A stretch of DNA of 64,000 nucleotides, from the NCBI GenBank assembly GCA_008080735.1, contig SHMW01000014.1:11490-75489 (forward strand). Direction: 5' to 3'. Of the stretch, positions 59,717 to 64,000 are shown one piece after another. The DNA comes from Promethearchaeota archaeon (lineage in GTDB: Archaea > Asgardarchaeota > Lokiarchaeia > Sigyniarchaeales > SOKP01). Below the pieces are notes generated by a model. It saw nothing but the letters and a program-made list of their open reading frames with translations. It was not told where the DNA came from and made no database searches. The position numbers were made by a program, and so were the translations under genes. Within the stretch, counting starts at the first letter, position 1; each line of letters starts with the position of its first letter.

Positions 59717-60247
59717 TTAGGGTTGCTGGCGCTCTAATATCCTTTTGGTCAATAATTCAAACGACTCTTGGACATTATGTCCTGTTTTGCTGGAAATTTT
59801 GATATAATCGAAAAGATTTAATTCCTCTAAAAAGCTTTTGGCATAATCATCTTGGACCATAATTTCATCCTCCAAATCTAACTTTGTACCAACAAATAGA
59901 ATTGGCAGGTTAGGGTCCCCTTTTCTAACAATATTTACCCATTGCTCTAAATTTTCAAGTGTTTGAATCCGAGTTAAATCAAACATCAAAAGGGCTCCTT
60001 TAGCTCCTAACACATAGCTTTCTAACAAAAAGCGAAACCGTTCTTGCCCTCCAAAATCCCAGAGTTGAAGAGTACACTGTTGCCCATCAACCTCGACTTC
60101 TTTTAAGAAAAACTCCACACCGATGGTCATTTTGGTCGACTGGGAGAATTTTCCTTCCACATAGCGGTGAAGAAGCGTTGTCTTTCCAACTCCGCCCTCT
60201 CCCGCGGTCAGAAGCTTTAGAATAAACTTTTTGCCCATTTTCTTCAC
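59717..60247 (-). CDS. Rab-like small GTPase
   Basis: GEGGVGKT, TIGVEF, WDFGGQERF, TKLD, SSK. Confidence 0.93.
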   Translation of the reverse strand: MKKMGKKFILKLLTAGEGGVGKTTLLHRYVEGKFSQSTKMTIGVEFFLKEVEVDGQQCTLQLWDFGGQERFRFLLESYVLGAKGALLMFDLTRIQTLENLEQWVNIVRKGDPNLPILFVGTKLDLEDEIMVQDDYAKSFLEELNLFDYIKISSKTGHNVQESFELLTKRILERQQP

Positions 60248-60717
60248 GTATTTATAGTTATTTAAAGTTTACTTATAAAAATGATATCTAATTAATTTGT
60301 GATCTTCCTTTAATCATTTCATTCAAAGGGTATGTTTAAATAATTAAAATATTGTTTTATTAATTTAGCGATTTGATGATTTTTATGTTCTAATCAAGAG
60401 AATATCAATTTATTTTATAAGTGATCGGTTTGTTATTAGTGTTTAATAATTATTCAAATTATGAGTATAATACTTTAATCAAAATTTAAGTTAATATAAT
60501 TTTCCTTTCGTTTGCATTCCTTCATCGGAAAAATGAATATCGCCTAATCCCCCTAATTTTAATACTCTCATTTTTCGGGGATTATTTAAAGGCTCTCGGT
60601 ACGCTTTCACTGATGGTTAAAATCGTTATGAACCAAACTATAAAAAATTTCGATTCCTATTCTATTTATACATAATTAAAGATATGAGCAAAAAATAAGT
60701 AGAGGTCTAATCTGGAT

Positions 60718-61011
60718 ATGGCAAAAATAAAAAAGAAGAAACCCTCTGAAGAATTAATTGAGAAACTCAATGTTGAATCATGGGGAACCTGGGAAAAGGA
60801 AAAAAGCGAATTCGATTGGTCTTACTCTGATACAGAAACATGCTTTATTCTAGATGGTGAGGTGGAAGTTACTACTGAAGATGGAGAGAAAGTTGAATTC
60901 GAAAAAGGAGATCTTCTGCAATTTCCAAAGGGTCTCAATTGTAGATGGAATGTAAAATCACCCGTCAGGAAATATTACAATTTTGGTCCTTTAGATATTG
61001 ATGAAGAATAA
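60718..61011 (+). CDS. Cupin_3 (DUF861/EutQ-like) protein
   Basis: WGTWE...FDWSY..TETCFILDGEV...GDLLQFPKG..C.W.V..PVRKYY. Confidence 0.88.
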   Translation: MAKIKKKKPSEELIEKLNVESWGTWEKEKSEFDWSYSDTETCFILDGEVEVTTEDGEKVEFEKGDLLQFPKGLNCRWNVKSPVRKYYNFGPLDIDEE

Positions 61012-61231
61012 TTCTTTATAGTTTATTATAAAATCTTCACGTTTTTTTACGAATTTTTCAAATTAACAATGGATATTCTTATTTCTTTATTTTATTGAGA
61101 TAAAAAATATTCTCCCCTAATTAATGCATATTTAAATCCAGAAATTTTAAATATCTATGTCACAAATATAACAATATTCACACACAGAAGGATTAATTTT
61201 CATAATTTTGCAAGTTATATTTAGGTAAAAA

Positions 61232-63856
61232 GTGAAAATGGGGATGATTATGAGTCCAAATATTGATTATAAAACTCTGGCAAAACGAGTAAGGGCAGGA
61301 TTTTACAAAACACGTTTAGATGGCACTATTCTCGATTATAATAATGCATTAAGACAGATTTTTGGCTTTAAACCTTCAAAAGAATTGAGAGGTACTAAAT
61401 CTCAAAAATTATGGCAAAATGTTGAGGAAAGAAATGACTATATACAACAATTACAAGAACATGAGAAAGTGAGCAATTTTGTTGCCCATTTAAAGAAAGT
61501 AAATGGCGAAAAAATCACTCTCTTACTGAACTCTTATCTTAGAACAGATGATAAGGATAAGGATCTTAGCTATTCAGAAGGGCTTGCTATAGAAATCTCT
61601 GATTTATTTAACAAATGGACTAAAATCAAGAAAGTTAAAGCTAAACTGAAGGATTCGGAAAAGAAATTTAAGACTATTACGGAAGAATCTTCCATCGGCA
61701 CTTTTATAATTCAGGATAAAAGAGTAGTGTACATCAATGAGCAGTTTAAAAATTTGTTTGGGTATTCGCAAGAAGAGTTTGATAATTTAAAAAATAAGAA
61801 TTTTTTTCGCTTAGTCTTCCACGAAGATCGTAATTTGTTAGCAGACCAAATGTCTAAACATCTCACAAAATCTAAGGATGCTTTATCAAACTTTCAGATC
61901 AGAGCGATTCATAAATCTGAAGAAGTAATCTGGCTCAATATTTTCGTTAAGAGGATTGAATATGAGGGAAAGCCAAGTATATTGATCTCAGTGTTTGATA
62001 TAACCGAAAGAAAAAAATTAGAGAAAGAATTAAAGGAATCAGCAGAAAAATTTAGAAGAATTTTTGAATCGATCCCAGACGCGTTTCTTTTGGTTGCTCC
62101 TGATACAACTATCATTGATTATAGCGGGGAGGATGACCAATTTTATGTTTCTCCTAAAAATTTTATTCAAAAGAAGATCACGAATTTCTTACCAGAAGAT
62201 ATTGCACAGCTTAGCATTACCTCCATCGCACAGACCCTCAAAACTAAAAAATCGATAACAGTAGAATATTCACTAAAAATTAAGGATAAAAAAAAATTTT
62301 TTGAGGCGCGTCATCTCTATTTTTCGGAGGAGAGAGTGGGTATATTTATACGAGATATAACCGAAAAGGAGAGAAATAAACAACTTTTAAAAAATACCAA
62401 AGATAAATTCAAATCCTTATATGAAGAGGCTCCTCTCGGATATCAATCACTTGACAGTAAGGGAAATATTTTGGATGTGAACAAATCTTGGTTAGAATTT
62501 TTCGGATTTGAGAAAGAAGAGGTCATAGGCAGTTGGTTTGGGAATTATTTAGCAGAAAAAGATAAACCTGAATTTATGCAGTGTTTTGTAAAATTCAAAG
62601 AAGATGGTGAGGTGCATGATGTCGAATTTAGAGTCAAGAAAAAAAATGGAGACATAGCCACCGTTAAGTTTGAAGGAAAAATCTCATATCGAGAGGATGG
62701 TGCTATAAAACGCACTCATTGTATTATGTATGATATAACTCAGCAAAGACGGCTTGAAAAGAATCTCAGAGAATCAGAAAAAAAATATCGTACTTTGTTT
62801 AAAGAAGCTCTAAATCCAATTTTTATTGTTGATGAAAATGGAAATTATGTTGATGCAAACAAGGCAGCTGCGGAATTTCTGGAATGTAAAATTGATGATA
62901 TCATAGGAAAAAATGTTTTTGATTATTCTCCGCCCGGATATGAGGACAAACAAAGAAAAGAACACAGTCCTTTTTACTCACGTAGGACTCTAAAGACGGG
63001 CTATTTTGTAGATGATAAGGTTAAAACCCTAATTCTAAATGTAGTTCCCTTCCAATTTAAAAGTAAACAATTTCTTTATGGAATTGGGCAGGATATAACA
63101 AGCAGGTTGAAGACAGAGAAAAAACTTAGGAAATCTGAAGAGGAGTATAAAGAAGCATATGAACGAGCAAATTTTTATAAGGATTTATTTGCTCATGATA
63201 TAAATAATATCCTCCAAAATTTACACTCTTCCTTGGAACTCTGTAAACTGTATTTTGAATCTTCTGAGTTGGAAAAGGCAAATGAATTAATCTCTTTAAT
63301 GCGAGAGCAGATTTCTCGAGCAGAAAAATTGGTGAGCAATGTTCGAAAACTATCCAAGATAGAAGAGGAAGAACTCACTCTTTTCGGGGTAGACCTTATA
63401 GAGTACCTTAATCAAGCAATAGATTTAACCCGAAAGAAAGTATCTACAAGAAACCTTCAAATAACCAAGAAAAGATTTAAGGATGAGATTAGAGTAAGAG
63501 GAAATGAATTATTATTAGATGTGTTTGAAAATATATTGGATAATGCAATTAAGTATAATGATTCTGATACAGTTAAGATTCAAATTTATGTGGATGAAAT
63601 TTTAAAAAATAACAAACCATTTGTGCGAATAGAATTTATAGATAATGGGATAGGAATTCCCAATTCTAAAAAGAAAATCCTTTTTTTACCCGGATTCCAA
63701 AAAGAAAAACAAGGTAAAGGAATGGGATTTGGTCTATCGCTTGTAAAGAAGATACTTAGAACTTATAATGGAGATATTTGGGTCGAAGATCGAATAAAGG
63801 GAGATTTTTCAAGAGGCACTAAATTTGTAATTATTATCCCAATTTACAATTTATAA
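61232..63856 (+). CDS. Soluble five-PAS sensor histidine kinase
   Basis: Five PAS/PAC units (DITER/DITEK/DITQQ/DITSR linkers), AHDINNILQNL, FENILDNAIKY, DNGIGI, GMGFGL. Confidence 0.93.
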   Translation: MKMGMIMSPNIDYKTLAKRVRAGFYKTRLDGTILDYNNALRQIFGFKPSKELRGTKSQKLWQNVEERNDYIQQLQEHEKVSNFVAHLKKVNGEKITLLLNSYLRTDDKDKDLSYSEGLAIEISDLFNKWTKIKKVKAKLKDSEKKFKTITEESSIGTFIIQDKRVVYINEQFKNLFGYSQEEFDNLKNKNFFRLVFHEDRNLLADQMSKHLTKSKDALSNFQIRAIHKSEEVIWLNIFVKRIEYEGKPSILISVFDITERKKLEKELKESAEKFRRIFESIPDAFLLVAPDTTIIDYSGEDDQFYVSPKNFIQKKITNFLPEDIAQLSITSIAQTLKTKKSITVEYSLKIKDKKKFFEARHLYFSEERVGIFIRDITEKERNKQLLKNTKDKFKSLYEEAPLGYQSLDSKGNILDVNKSWLEFFGFEKEEVIGSWFGNYLAEKDKPEFMQCFVKFKEDGEVHDVEFRVKKKNGDIATVKFEGKISYREDGAIKRTHCIMYDITQQRRLEKNLRESEKKYRTLFKEALNPIFIVDENGNYVDANKAAAEFLECKIDDIIGKNVFDYSPPGYEDKQRKEHSPFYSRRTLKTGYFVDDKVKTLILNVVPFQFKSKQFLYGIGQDITSRLKTEKKLRKSEEEYKEAYERANFYKDLFAHDINNILQNLHSSLELCKLYFESSELEKANELISLMREQISRAEKLVSNVRKLSKIEEEELTLFGVDLIEYLNQAIDLTRKKVSTRNLQITKKRFKDEIRVRGNELLLDVFENILDNAIKYNDSDTVKIQIYVDEILKNNKPFVRIEFIDNGIGIPNSKKKILFLPGFQKEKQGKGMGFGLSLVKKILRTYNGDIWVEDRIKGDFSRGTKFVIIIPIYNL

Positions 63857-64000
63857 TATATGATCTGTATTTATCAGCTTTTAAGAGAGAATTATTCTCT
63901 TTCCGTTTTGAATTCTAAAAATGTAGTATATTAATATTAATATTGATAATTAATAATTTGTAATCATAAAATTGATTATGATTTCATAAATTATATAAAC

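Noticed and set aside
60545-60584. TAATCCCC...GGGGATTA hairpin as a riboswitch or ncRNA
   Set aside because: It is a single 8-bp stem with a 24-nt loop and matches no riboswitch consensus I recognise.
1-64000. CRISPR array, rRNA, transposases
   Set aside because: No regularly spaced repeats, GC-rich rRNA-like tracts or transposase motifs were seen.

Overview
AT-rich archaeal chromosomal window, very probably from an Asgard archaeon of the Lokiarchaeia (Promethearchaeota). The assignment is inferred from archaeal Spt5, aIF-1A, Cdc48 and CdhD, two Rab-like small GTPases, a longin+roadblock fusion, a HEAT+LRR protein and an IPGF-type C-terminal sorting signal. The window carries about 55 genes and one tRNA-Pro(UGG). 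Main blocks: four paralogous sensor histidine kinases; an orphan N6-adenine DNA methyltransferase; an Hsp20-Cdc48-HTH heat-shock locus with a candidate operator; a B12-radical SAM plus alpha/beta-hydrolase pair; argG, dapA-dapB, dapF-lysA and leuCD; a solitary cdhD; a LysR regulator divergent from dsrE-tusA; an Hrq1/YprA helicase; three tandem acyl-CoA dehydrogenases; and a minus-strand run Rab-PIN-Rab-cupin-aIF1A-Spt5-longin/roadblock. The most interesting observations are an Spt5 with acidic/aromatic extensions resembling eukaryotic histone-chaperone tails, the GTPase-longin/roadblock neighbourhood, a possible ubiquitin/SUMO-like membrane protein, and a 79-codon frame whose only internal stops are TGA. 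Several deletion scars (chimeric gene remnants) are also present. No CRISPR array, rRNA, transposase or prophage was seen. All calls come from motif recognition by eye; no database searches were run.
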